A stretch of 63,466 bases of DNA, filler included, from Folioceros fuciformis (lineage: Eukaryota), in assembly GCA_049999805.1 (NCBI GenBank). It is 11 parts of 11 records of this genome, joined end to end, with 100 filler letters (N's around TTAATTAATTAA, not from the genome) between each part and the next. Parts side by side here need not be neighbours in the genome. Positions count along the whole stretch, not along the records: positions 24,500 to 32,819 come from JBNGIO010001186.1; positions 32,920 to 36,988 come from JBNGIO010001187.1; positions 37,089 to 40,038 come from JBNGIO010001188.1; 8 more parts are not named here. One strand, 5' to 3'. How positions within the stretch are numbered: the stretch's first letter is position 1; each line of letters begins with the position of its first letter. The notes beneath the pieces are model-generated. The model ran no database searches, was not told the DNA's origin, and was given only the letters and a program-made list of their open reading frames with translations. The position numbers and the translations under genes were made by a program. Shown here one piece after another: positions 25,826-38,356 of the stretch.

Positions 25826-28800
25826 ATGGAAGGGCAGAGTCACTCTGGAAATATGATCAAAATGTCAAGGCCTTCGCGCGAGCATCGCGAGTCCAAGAAG
25901 CGTGGAGCTGGTGTTGACAAAAGTAGCAACAGTGGTGCCATTGAAGGCGCTGAGTCGGTTCAGGATCGTGGGGCTTCCAGGGGTGCCAGGAGTTACTCCT
26001 CACGTGGAAGAGGCGGCAGGGGAGGTTCCAGAGGTTCTAGGCTTTGGAGGACTCCCGCTGACAGGACTGTGACTCCGGGACCGACCGCGAAGAGGCTGGA
26101 CACCAGTGCAGACGCTGCAGATGCTGTCCCTGAGCAGGTAGCCGAGGTTGCTCCCGTCCAGAAGAAGAAACCTGGGCGTCCCAGGTTGAACAAGAGTGTT
26201 GCTGCTGTTACTCCTGCTCCACCTGGTCTGGATGAAGCGCAGCGGGCAAGCCTGTCTACTCCTGCACCGCCGGTGGGGTCACCAGCCCTCGATGAAAACG
26301 GCGCTCGCCGGGCTCTTCGTCCCCGACCCTCCGTCACGAAGAGCGTGACGAAGCGGAACAAACCTTTTAAGCAAGTTACCTTGAAGCAGGAGGACGCAGC
26401 ACGTATTGTTGGTCGTCGACTTAAGGTGTACTGGCCTCTCGACAGCAAGTGGTATTATGGTGAAGTGCAGGCTTACTGTCCTGTGAGGGAGCGGCATAGG
26501 GTTTTGTATGACGACAAGGATGAAGAATGGTTGGACCTCCAACGGGAGGATTTTAAGCTGCAGGTTCACGACTGGGAGGTGGTTGGTGAATCCGGGGACC
26601 TACTCGCTGCGGCCGTAAAGACTCCAAAACTGTCATCTGCCAAGAAGACGCGTAGGCAATCCAAGAGTCGTGTTGCTTCTGGAGATGAGAGCAGCGTACC
26701 TTCGCCGTCGCGACCTGCAGATGGTGGCCCAGCACAATCGGAGCCTTCTCTTGTCCCGAAGGACGTGTCCAGTACGTTGGTGTCCTCCTTTGAAGGTCCT
26801 ACAGCAAGAGTTCTCATCAATGATGATCTCGGAGAAGTCAGCGCCTCATCCACTGCCGTTGCTTACAGTGGAGACCGGACCAGTGAGCCCGATTCTATGC
26901 CCTCTGGAACACCAGCAGCTCCTCCTGGGTCCTTCTACGAGAGGAGGTCCACTCGTGGTCGTGATCCCAAAGCTGCCAAAGATGACAAGCCGAAGATTGT
27001 CTCAGTTTATACCAGACGGGCTGCTGCTGCCTTGCCGAAGTCGACTCCTGCAGCGGTTTACGTCAGTGAGGGCACGGCTGAGCAAGGTGACAGGCCTGCG
27101 AGCGAGGAAGGTCCCGTTAATGACGATCCTGTTGCATCTCGAGATGTTGAAGCCGGTGTTGGAGCGGCAGAAGGTGCAAGCTGCATGCTGGATGACGTCT
27201 CGGGGGTCTGCCCGATGGACACTTCAGAGGGCTATTCTTTTCTGGTTCGCGGCTCGAGCGATTCAGGACACTTTGTTGCAGCGGGGACTCTAAAAGATGT
27301 AGACGAACAGGAGTTTGTGCCCATGGAAATGGAGGTTTTTCGAGACGAAGCTTCTTCGAGCTCAGAATTTGCTCAGGACGAATTAGCCCTTGACACAGCG
27401 GGGACCATTGTCGACGATAAGTTGGAATCGGTTCCTGAAACTGTTTCCATTTTCAATCGCACCCTCTCCAATGGTGCAGACATTCCTGGGGAGATGCCAT
27501 CCACGGGGGAGCTAAAGCCTTCCTCTCCCACGAGTCTGGCGGTGATCTGCAGGAGTGGCGAGGACAACCGCACTGATCCTTTGGTCTCTGATGTCAGGCT
27601 GCTACAATCTGAAGTGCATGTCACCCGCTCCCGTCTGCGTGCCTGGAATGGGCCAGTTATTGGTGGCCCTGTGTCAACCCATCTGCTGATCAGCTTACCA
27701 GTGGTAGATCAAGGTTTGAGAGCTGAGGCCGGACTCAGCATGATACAGTCTTTCTTGTCTTCAGTCCAGCAGCTATTTGGTTCAGGGTTACCTGTTTTGC
27801 AAATTGTGGGCGCTCCCGAGCCCCGGCCCCAGTCAGGGGAGGCGGGTAGTGCTACTCTTAATTTCTCGCCACCAGTGAGCTCACTGTTAGAGGACTCTAT
27901 AGATCATTCGGGACAGGGACACATGGAGGAGAGGGATGTTTCCGATGGTTTGATCCTGCAGAGAACCGGTGTTCCTCAGAACGAGGCAGCTTGGAGAGCT
28001 CATGCTACAGGAAGGGTGATTCCTTTTCCTTTTGGTGAGGATGATCTTGGAGCTGTGTCAAGCAGACCCTTGCGTCTGCTACGTAATCGGTTACAGTGTG
28101 TGACGTCTGCAGGCCTGGAAGTCTCTATCAATGGGTTTACTTTCTTGCAGAGCCCAATCTCTCCTAACACGATGATATCTGCAGCTCAGACAACAACTCT
28201 GACTCAACTTCCGTCGTCGGAAGTCTTGAGAAATGGAATTGGGCGGAGAATGTCAGATGCCTCTGTATCTGATGTCACCTTGCAACGGCGGAGAGTTGAG
28301 GCAGCGCATGACATTGTGCACGGGTTGCATGATCCAGTTTTAGGAGACCCTGTGTCATCTCGCATTCTGCTCAGCTTACCTGTGATGGAATCAAATGGGG
28401 GTTTGAGAGTAGCGGCTAGTCTAAGTTCTCTGCAGTCCTTTCTGTCTTCTATACAGCACCTTTCCGGTTCTAGGCTCTCTGTCAGCCATTTCGAGGATTC
28501 TTTGCAGCAGCAGTCATCAGCATCATCTGACGCTAATCTTCAGGTGGAAATGCCAAGGGGTGCGGTTGTGGATCTAAATCTTTGTCTGCAGGCGCTTCGG
28601 GGAGCAGGCATAGATGTTGTCCTTCAGAGGACAAGCAGTGTTGGAGGCCCATCCTCAGCTGACACTCAGACAACTCATCGCAGTATTCCCTCATTATGCA
28701 TGCCCCTGCCTCGCGAGCTTGTGGACAATTCTGAACAACCGGAGGCAGACTGCCAGCAGCTATGTATATTACCGCGTGCAGTGGACCTGCAATCCTCCCC

Positions 28801-31800
28801 TGCTCCTGGAGATGCTTGTTGTGGGAACCCTCAGGTCATCCCTTGTGAAGCAGGTCATGAGACAGACGTTGTCAAGCAAGATGAATCGCCCACCAGTGCT
28901 GGTATGGAGATCATTAATTCTCCTCCCGTTTTGGATCTTTCATGTAGTGTGGCCGATAGGCAACCCTGTTTGCCCAGTGTTATTAAAATGGAGGCCGAAC
29001 AGCTTCACTCCGCAATGTTCAAGCGTGGTCTGGAAGAGGGAGATCAGGAAAATGAGCGGACTGGGAAGCCTGAGGCCGATAAGGATTCGTCAACCCCTCC
29101 TACATCATCAGATTCAAGTGCCTTGACTAAGAGGTTGAGACAGGAACCTGTTGCTGCTACACCCACTGTGGAACGTAGACATCGTTTCAAATTGAGGAGG
29201 TGTCCTACCAACAGAGAATGGGGCATAGCGCGGGATGCGCAAGGGACAGCTGCTGAGGAGACACAGTCTGCAGCCAAGGTTTTGAAGCCTGTTTCAAGAT
29301 CTGTTGGCTGTAAAGGGCCAGATGCTGATGCTGGCGAATTGCCTGTTGTGCCTGATGCTTCTCGGAAAAGGCCAATAGTGCACTGTGTGGACTTGCCTGC
29401 AGACAGGGTAAATGACCCTGAGGCAACCTGTTCCTCTTGGGGAGAGGGAGCAGCACGACCTGGCACACGTGCAGATGAGTTGACGAACGGTGAGACTTCA
29501 AAGGGAAATCAAGTGTGGGTAGAAGGGGGACTTCTGGGTGTTTCTGAGACCAGGAAACGACGGAAGAAAGGGTCGAGCCCAGTTTCTGGCGATGACCTGG
29601 ATGGAACATCGGGAAAGGGCAGACGGGGCGACAGTGTCAGTCCTCCTGTGTATGAAGAGAGAAGCGACAGGCAAACAGATCTCTCCTTCCTGAGGCGAGC
29701 TGACAGTGACTGCACCAGTTGTATGTGTAATGTGTTGAATGTACGCGAGGACAGGGGATGGCGAGATTGCGGTGTTACTGTTGAACTTCTGTCTACGGGC
29801 AGGGAGATGTGGACACTAGCTGGAAGTCTTAGGGGGGAAACATTTCTGACTTATAAGGCTCTGCAAGTTGATGCAACAGCTTCAAGCAACAAGTACACTC
29901 ATGCCCTGATGTTTAAAGCAAAGAAGGGTATGTATCTTGAATTTGAAGATCGAAAGCAATGGCTCCGGTTCAAACATATGCATGAGTTATGTTATCAGAG
30001 GAATGCCAGAATACCTCAAATCCCAATTCCTGGAGTGAAGCCAATTGAAGAGTGTCCTGCGAAGCCTGTTGGGGAATGCTTTGTCCGGCCACCATTGGAA
30101 TATATTCGACAAAGAGAACGCGAGGAGGAAATGGATTTTCAGAGCAACTCTGTCATCTATGACATGGACACTGAAGATGAGCAGTGGCTCGTACACACCA
30201 ATGGGGAGAGGGCAGGGACGAGAGGTTCAAGGTCAAGACCTAGAATATCTGAGGATACACTGGAGCGGATCATAGAACGATTAGAAAAGGTATCCTTCGC
30301 CCAGAAGAGTGAAGTATCTGCGGATTATGCTATGGACGCGTGCAGTGGTTTAGGGTCACCTGAAGTGATTAAGTCCGTCCATGCTTACTGGGCTGGAAAA
30401 CGGCTCAGGAAGGGAATGGCCCTCATAAGACATTTTCAGGTAAGCTCTGTCACCCGTACACTCATTGGTCTTTGTATGAGAGCCACATCTGTGCTGTCCT
30501 TCGTGATTAGAATCGCTCCTGTTTGAAAAAGATGTCAGACGGTGTGACGCGAGGTGTGTCTTGTGAAACAGGCTCCACCTTGGCAGCAGTATGAGAACCA
30601 ACGGAAAGAGTGGGAGCTGAAGTTTCAACAGCTTCAACGGCAGTTTCCTTCTGTGAGCCACAAACAATTATTGGAGCAGTGCAAGGCGCCAGCTCATTTT
30701 GCTTTCTGCTTACGCCCCCGAGGCCTGGAATCAAACAAGCTTCAAAAGCAGAGATCACAGCGCAAGCAAGTAAAGGTTGGAGGTGCCTCCCGTCAATGGT
30801 TGTCCCTAGCTGCCCAGCCCACTCCTAATGGGTACTATTTGGATAGCCCGGGGAAGAGATGTAGTTCTGTGGAGCATCAGGGTGTATCTGGTAAGGGAGT
30901 AGCAGTGTCTGCTGGGTTTTTGCTTTGATCCCCTTTGGGCAACAGCAAAGTGGGATGCCATGTTCTGAATGAACTTGCTTCTTTCCAGGTCACAAAAAGA
31001 ATGCTCGTCATCGATACATGGAAGACTCTTTTCAGGAGGGTACGACCATGGATCTCCATGATGTCTTCTCTAGAGCGTCAGGTAATGGAAATAACCATTA
31101 TCCAGTGGAGGCTATGAATGATGATACTCATGTGGTGACTGCTCCCGTCCCAGGGAGTCAAGTCGTGGCAGAAAAGTCACATGCCACGGAACAGAGAAGA
31201 AGGGTGAAAAAGGCAGCAAGGAAACTTAAGAGGCCAAGGGGTAACTCAATGGCTGGTGAGGGCAAACGGAAGAGGGTGAGGCATTTGCAGCAACTTCATC
31301 AGATGCAGCAGGAAAGCCCCATGGAGGTGGATCTGGACACCTTGCGGGAAGGAGAACCCAGTAGTTTTGGTAATCAACTTAACGCAGTGGATGGATTTGC
31401 GTTCTCTTCGAAAAAGGAAACTTCTAGTGGACGGGTAGGTGCAGAGCAGGATTCGGAAGAGGACCCAGAAGCTGTTGTGGAGGCTTTGTTAGCCATAGCA
31501 AAGGAAAAGAGAGCAAGGGCCAGAGCCCTTAGGACAAGGGCTCAACTCATGTATGCAACAGCAGATGCCACCATGTCCAAGGCTGTCCAATATGTGATGG
31601 AGGCGGAGTGTGTCCAAGCTGCTGAGAATGCAGCAAAGAAAGCCTTTCAGCGGCAATTTGAGCAGGATTATGACTGTCAAAGAGAGTGCTCCCAGGAGCA
31701 CCCCAGCGGCCTAGATTTGTCGGATAGTTTTGAGGTCTCCAAACTTGGGAAGGGCAAGTCAACGGGTCAAGAAGTTAGCAAGGGTCCGTCTTTTGGATCT

Positions 31801-32001
31801 TGGCGGAAAGGCTTGGAGAATCCTTCTAGGACTTCTGCAGGGTTGAGACCGTTGAGTACACGGCAAAGTCTAGTCACGGATAGTGACGATCCGTTGTTGC
31901 CAGTAGCTAGTTGGAGCCAAGAGTTGGGTGCGGGGCTTGGTACGAGGTTGATAGCGACAGGAGACTCAAGCCCTCAGAAAAAGGTATGCCCCTGCGTCTG
32001 A
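25826..32001 (+). CDS. Enhancer-of-polycomb-related (EPCR-type) protein with Tudor domain; exons 25826-30439, 30572-30890, 30989-32001
   Basis: Tudor IVGRRLKVYWPLDSKWYYGEV...HRVLYDDKDEEWLDL; NKYTHALMF...LEFEDRKQWLRFK; IPIPGV; EPL1-like YDMDTEDEQWL...ISEDTLERIIERLEK; YWAGKRLRKGMALIRHFQ. Splice phases are consistent. Confidence 0.88.
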
Positions 32002-32643
32002 AGACCCGTGCCCGTTGAAAAACATTTAAGATGGTAGTTAGTTAAACAGACGCAAGGGTTGAACTAGACATATTTTGATGTTGCGGAGTTGGGCCTCCAC
32101 GCCGCAGTCGTCTGACTATTGCCTTGGTTTTAATGTTTGTGGATAATGGATGTCATTCTTGCCAGCAACCTTGAAGCGGCGGTACCCAACGAAAATCAAT
32201 CAATGGGAAGGAGTTATGCGACTTCCGTAATGCCATGCTACTTCTAGCATGTACAGGAGGGTTAAGGGTGTTGGGCAATTGAGCAAGGAGTCGGGGCAGC
32301 CCAAATCTTATGGCTAAGCAGAATGTTAGGTGTCTCGTGACTGCACCAACGTGGTCACATGTGGTAGAGGCTAATTTGCCAGTTCCACACGGTTTTGCCG
32401 TTGTATGGTTAATGCGATGTACATTTTCGAATTTTTAAACGTTGCCAGGATGGCAATACGCTAGGCATTTTGGACTTTAAAGGGCAGTCCACCTTTTTTT
32501 CGCCAAAGAAGGTGCCACCTCATCTCCTCGTTGCCCACGGCAATGCTGGGAGTTGGAATCCAGACACAAAGTTGATAACGGCAATAAAGAAGAAAAGGCG
32601 GAGGGAAAATGGCCGGAGTTGGATGGGGAAGTAAGACCGGTGG

Positions 32644-32746
32644 GAAAGTAAAGTCTATCTCCTCATTAACGTCTATTTAATGGCGTAGTATTGAGAAAGT
32701 AAAGCCTACCTCCCCCTTAAAGTCTATTTGATGGTGTTTCTATTGG
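32644..32746. repeat. Degenerate 51-bp tandem duplication (2 copies)
   Basis: GAAAGTAAAGTCTATCTCC...TATTGA followed by GAAAGTAAAGCCTACCTCC...TATTGG. Confidence 0.7.
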
Positions 32747-34975
32747 GTTGACCTTTTCTTCATCTAGAGAGGACAATAAGTTTATGTTGCTGATGCGGTC
32801 GTAATGGACCACACGGTATNNNNNNNNNNNNNNNNNNNNNNNNNNNNNNNNNNNNNNNNNNNNTTAATTAATTAANNNNNNNNNNNNNNNNNNNNNNNNN
32901 NNNNNNNNNNNNNNNNNNNGGGCAGGCCAGGGAAGGGGAGGGCAGGCCAGGCCAGGCGAGCCAGCCAATACACCTGCTGCCCGGTACAAAGTGCACTTAA
33001 CCACCGTTATCTGGAGTCTGGGGCGGGAGTGTGGGCCTGCCTGCCTGCCCGCTCGCTGCCAGTGCGAGTGCGAGTGTTAGTGCTTGTGCTAGTGTGCAAG
33101 TGCAAGTGCGAGTGCAAGTGCAGGAAGGTGGCGATTCACGGGCAGAGCAGACAAATGGCAGGGGCGGGCGGTGGCAGGTGGGCAGGTGGACGGTACTGGA
33201 TGGGCGAGCCCAAGGCAGAGAGGCGGAAACAGAGGGCAGGGAAGCAGGGGCAGCAAGGGGGCGGGGGCAGGAGCAGGAGCAGGAGCAGACAGAGGCGGAA
33301 GCAGCAGCAGGGGTTGCTGCCCCAGTTTGCGACACACAGCGGGCCGGAGCGCCTGCTTAGCGAGCGAGGCTCGACGCCCCCGGCGAGCCTCGAGGTGGGC
33401 CTGCCTCCCTCTGCGCCTGCAAATGGGAAATGTGGAAGACGCAGGACGTTGACATGCACAGTGGACATTGTCTGGCCGGCAGGGCGCGCCTCACCCATTT
33501 CATGTGCTCCGCCACCTCCATGCGCTCTGCTAGCCTGTGGGTGGTGTGAAAGCATCCCACCCAGCCTCCCTGCCCTGACCTGACCTGGCCTGCCGTGCCC
33601 TGCCTCTAACATAGAGCGATAGCTACTGTGCTCGCTCGCTCCTTGGCTCCCTCGCAGCCTAGCTGTGTACAGTACGTACATAGCCCAGACAGCTGCCGCG
33701 CCCACAATCCCTCTCCGGGCGCACTGTAGCGTAACAAATCGTAGGAAATCGTGCCCGTGCCCGTGCCCGACTCCAGGTTTGGATGTAAAGCAAGGCAAGG
33801 CAAGGCGGGAGAGAGGCGGGAGCGCGCGAGGCTGTGTGTGCGAGCGAGGTCAGGTGAGGTACCGTATGACAGCTCCCAAGCGCCCCAAATAATGCCCGTG
33901 TCCAAATCCTGTAGCTGGGGGTACTGCGATACCGGTGGACGTACGATCCGATCCCCGCTCCCCTGGGCTCTGGGCCCTGAGCCTGCGCGGTCGCTGCACC
34001 AGGCGCCAGCGCCAGCTCTAGCTCCAGAGCGCAGAGCCCAGAGCCCAGAGCCCAGGGCCCATGGCCCAGAGCCCAGAGGCCAGAGCCAGCAGCGCCAGAG
34101 CCAGAGCCAGAGCCAGAGCCAGCGCCAGAGCCAACGCAGCTCCAGCCTCTCTGATCCAGCCTCATCAGCCTGGGATAGATGGATGGATGGATGGCCCCGG
34201 AAGGGAGAGGCAAACGGGGCAGCACGGTCCACAGGGAGATGGCGAGAGGAGGCGAGGCGAGGCAAGGCTGGGCTAGGCGGGGCGAGCCGGGCCGGGCCGG
34301 GCCGGGCCGGGTCCCCAAAAATACCTACCTACCACCCGCCCTGTCGTCCTACCGACCTAGGTGCCCGGCCGGTGGTTGGCGGTCGGTAGCTGGGCTCTCT
34401 ATCATGGCCCATGGGATCTTCTCTCACGGCCCAGCCATGCCACCGCTTGCGACATACCATACCATACCATACTATACCACACCACATGCGTGTGCTACTC
34501 TGCATGCATACCGTATACGGGCACACGGGCAGGAGAGAGACTGTGGCTGGCACCAATATTTGTACATAGTTAACTAAGAAAGAGGAGAGTAGAGGAGAGC
34601 AAGGTCGCGGTGGGCATGCAATGGGCAGTGAAGCGATATATATATATATATATATATATGGTTAAGTTAAAAGGGATGCGGGAAGCGCAAGCAACCCCAC
34701 CTCAGCCAGTGTTGCACTTCGCTGCGCTTGCTCTTCCGCGCACGCCCGGGCCAGGCCGGGGCCCACTCGCGCCGCGCGCGCCCGCGTCTGGCGGCCTCGC
34801 GCCTGCCCCTCCCTCTGCAATTCCCTGCCCTGCCCGGCCCAAACCGGCGAAACTGGCCCCGTGCAATTCAAACGGCAGGATGCGTGACCGGCCCGGCCCG
34901 GCCGCTGGCACCGGGGCGGCAATAATTCAATACCCCAGCCATTAGCGATGCTGCATTCCTCGTACGATTGTTGCT

Positions 34976-35045
34976 AGAAGCTTGGCGCGGCGGTTGAGGC
35001 GCGCGACTCACGCACAGCACACCGGGGTTCGAACCTGCTCTCTTC
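34976..35045 (+). other. tRNA-derived A-box/B-box element (pseudo-tRNA or SINE head)
   Basis: TGGCGCGGCGG (A-box-like) and GGTTCGAACC (B box) at tRNA spacing. Cloverleaf stems do not pair. Confidence 0.35.
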
Positions 35046-35932
35046 TCCCCGTCGTCTGCTAGCTGGCTCGATAGTGAAATAACTTAGCGAAATCTAGCAT
35101 GGCCCGATACTCTTGGAGGACTGGATTCGCCTGGTTTGATTAGCCTGCCGATACTCTACCCCGATCAGCGCAGCCAGCCAGCCCAAGCCAATGCAGGCGA
35201 GGCGAATCGATTACGATACGAGACGCGAGGAGGGGGAAGACGAGGGACGAGGGAAGGAAAAAGAGGGGCATGAAAAGCATCAAAAAAGTGAAGGGAGGAA
35301 AAAAACATGTAAAGACTCGAGAAGCAACCGCAGAAAACAGGTGACACCTTGAGGCAGGGACCTGCCCGCTTGTTGTCTCTTCCGGGGCACGCTATGCTGT
35401 GTTTTGTGCGGGATAATAAAACAAAAAGAGCGTAGACTTCCAGTTTCAGTACCTGCTGGTACCTGCACTCTGTTAGAGTAGTGGTAAGTCGAAATAGTGG
35501 GTGTGTTATATATATATATATATCTACAACAAGGGCCCGACGAATGGACAAACAAACATCAAAAGAGAGGCAGGCCCCAGCACAGCAGCAGCAGCAGCAG
35601 CAGCAGGAGGAGCAGGGCTGAAAAAAGGCTGAAGCCGCCATACATGCATAAACTCTGGAGGGTGAGGAGGGGAAAGAGAGGGAAACCGGGCGACCGGGAA
35701 AGGTAGCCGGTGGCCGGCGGCGTGGTCACATCCTGGCCCTAGAGGGGCGGGATCCGATCCGCGCTTCCGACACGCCTATCATTGACCCGGTACTAAAATA
35801 CAAAAGGGGGAGAAAGATGGGCGGGGCCCCGGCCCCCCGGCCAGATGAGGAGAGACGAATGAAGCCGGGAGCCGGGAGCCAGGAGGAAGGAAGGTCCTAC
35901 TGTTATTTTATACATAAAACTTTTAAGTAAAG

Positions 35933-36140
35933 GCGGGAGTAAGTGCGGTGTATTATAGGCGGGTGGGCTATACATACCATAATTGGGTCGCTTTCGACGA
36001 AGCCCCGGGGCCCGGCTGCCCTGAAGTCGGGAGCCCGTTACTCCCGCAATCATTGATCCGTCTCTGGTCCTGACCGGGGGCTTAATGATGCAGTACAGGT
36101 GAGGCGCACTGGCGATCGCAGGTTGCTTTACACCTGTCGC
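35933..36140 (+). ncRNA. Candidate structured RNA of unknown family (multi-hairpin)
   Basis: Perfect 10-bp closing stem encloses three hairpins and is followed by two long hairpins containing G-U pairs. AT-rich TATA-like tract at 35903-35930. Confidence 0.35.
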
Positions 36141-37089
36141 TTGTTCATTTGCCGTCATCCCCGGAGCCCCCGCATCCCCCAAGAGCTTCTCAGTCCACAC
36201 GCATCCCATATTTCCTCCGGATCCCATGCTTGTCTGTCTGTGGCAGATCAGCCCGTTTCGGGCCTCGGTTTTGCTATACTTGGAAAGGGCAGTATCCTGG
36301 GCCAGGATTTGATGTTTGGGTTTGGGGGCAAGTGGGGGGAGATGGATGAAAGGATCCATGGATGGATTGGCCGGGGTTTGCTCCTCTGCAGTCCAAGCCG
36401 GAGCCGGAGCCGGAGCCGGAGATGGAGTCGGAACCGGAACTCTGCAGCACCTTGCACTCTTCCTTCATCCGCCTTTGGACAAGGGACACGAACGCAACAA
36501 AAGCGAAAGCTGAAGGATGATTACAAAGGCTAGGGCGTGTGTGTGTGTGTGTGTGTGTGTTTGTGAGACTGTGTGTGTGTGTCCCCTGCCTCTGCCCCTC
36601 CTCTTGCTCTTGATTGGGGGGAGTCTGCTGTCCCCTCGAAGACGTCGGGGGACAGGGCAGGGACAACATCTCCTGCTGTCCAGTGCCCTGTAGCCCGTGC
36701 CCTGTGCCCACCACTGCAGTGAAGTCGGAAATATCTGCAAAAGGCGGAAACGGGACCCAGAGGCTCCAGGTTCCGGAACAGCAGGAGCTGGAGTTGGAGC
36801 AGCAGATGGATGCCTACTACAATATGCTTTCCAAGGTTTTTGTATATGAGAAGAAGGTGGTGGCAGTTATCTCGGGGCACCCAGACCAGCTCACACCTGT
36901 TGTTGCTGCTGCTTTGACATGGAGTTTGTTACCAAGATAATATATACAAGACATATATGTATGTATGTGAGCGGGACTTGAGAAAGGTNNNNNNNNNNNN
37001 NNNNNNNNNNNNNNNNNNNNNNNNNNNNNNNNTTAATTAATTAANNNNNNNNNNNNNNNNNNNNNNNNNNNNNNNNNNNNNNNNNNNNA

Positions 37090-38052
37090 GTCCTCCATTC
37101 CTCCCACGGAAGAGGAGACGGGAAGAGATGGAGCAGGCGAGCACGAGGCGTGTCGGCATCCGTGGTACCTGATATCAAACTACTGGTTCGGGCCAAGGCG
37201 ACGGTGGTAGCGTGCGGATCCCTCAACACGCCACCTCTCCTCCTCAAATCTGGATTCCGCAACCCTAACATCGGCAAGCATCTACACCTCCATCCGGTGC
37301 CCTGCGTGTGGGGCCACTTCCCGGACGCGGACGGCGTCCACTACGAGGGCGCCATCATGAGTGCCTTCTCCACCGTGGTCGCCGACTGGGAAGGATCCGG
37401 CTACGGCTGCTTGCTGGAAGTCCCGACTCTCCACCCCGGGAGCTTCGCGGTCATGATGCCCTGGACCTCCGCCGGAGACTTCAAATCCCGGATGCTCAAG
37501 TATGCCCGTACTGTTCACTTCCTCTCCCTCTGCCGAGACACCGGCAGCGGCTCCGTCCAAACGGACCCCCATACAGGCGGGCCCTTGGTACACTACCGCC
37601 TCGCTCCCCTGGACGAGAAGCACATCCTCGACGGCATGGTAGCGGCCCTTCGCGCGCTCGCCGCCGCCGGGGCCGCCGAAATCGGCACCCACCAGGCGGA
37701 CGGCGAGGTCTTTCGTGTCCGCCGGTCTTGTTCTGGCGAGGAGGAGCATGGCGCCGACATGGACGACTTCCTCCTCAGGGTTCGCGCGCGGGGTGTGAAG
37801 AATCTCCGGTCACCCATCCTCACCGCCCACCAGATGTCCAGCTGCCGCATGGGCGCCGACCCCCGCTCCTCCGTGGTCGATCAGGACGGCCACGCCTGGG
37901 AAGCACTGGGCCTCTTCATCGGCGATGCCAGCGTCTTCCCGACTGCCACCGGCGTCAACCCCATGATCACCGTCCAGTCCATCGCGTACTGCACCGCTCA
38001 ATCTGTCAGGGCATTTCTGATCACCACTGATGCTGAAACAGAGAAAAGTTAG
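37090..38052 (+). CDS. Long-chain fatty alcohol oxidase (GMC oxidoreductase), 3' portion; 5' end lost in gap
   Basis: AKATVVACGSLNTPPLLLKSG...NIGKHLHLHP, YEGAIMSAFS, TAHQMSSCRMG, GDASVFPTATGVNPMITVQSIAY. Confidence 0.92.
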   Translation, partial: VLHSSHGRGDGKRWSRRARGVSASVVPDIKLLVRAKATVVACGSLNTPPLLLKSGFRNPNIGKHLHLHPVPCVWGHFPDADGVHYEGAIMSAFSTVVADWEGSGYGCLLEVPTLHPGSFAVMMPWTSAGDFKSRMLKYARTVHFLSLCRDTGSGSVQTDPHTGGPLVHYRLAPLDEKHILDGMVAALRALAAAGAAEIGTHQADGEVFRVRRSCSGEEEHGADMDDFLLRVRARGVKNLRSPILTAHQMSSCRMGADPRSSVVDQDGHAWEALGLFIGDASVFPTATGVNPMITVQSIAYCTAQSVRAFLITTDAETEKS

Positions 38053-38356
38053 GGCGGGGACGCTGAGGGAGCGCGTGTGGCGAGGAGTGAAGGAAGCAAC
38101 GAATTTGTGCAGAGGTGGGTTCGAGCCCGGGACGTCGTGGTTCTAATGAAGAAAACTGACCAACACGACAAGGTTGAAAATGTGCACAACTTGTGAACTT
38201 GACACCAGCGTGTAACGGAAGCGTCATTCTGTTTTAACAAAAACCGGAACATAGATCTTGTACAAGGAGGAGTAGGAAAGCAGTTACAGGCGAGGCCGGT
38301 TAAAATGCGTGGCACGTTGATCCCGGTGCCCTAGGGCACAGCGTGGAATCCATTGG

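Noticed and set aside
32997-34945. Many 100-220-aa ORFs
   Set aside because: Products of GC-rich microsatellites open in several frames on both strands, with no domain signal.
35927-35943. LSU rRNA / R2 target-like GTAAAGGCGGGAGTAA and a possible HDV-type ribozyme
   Set aside because: Similarity to rRNA stops after ~16 nt, and the HDV P1.1/J4-2 elements could not be identified.
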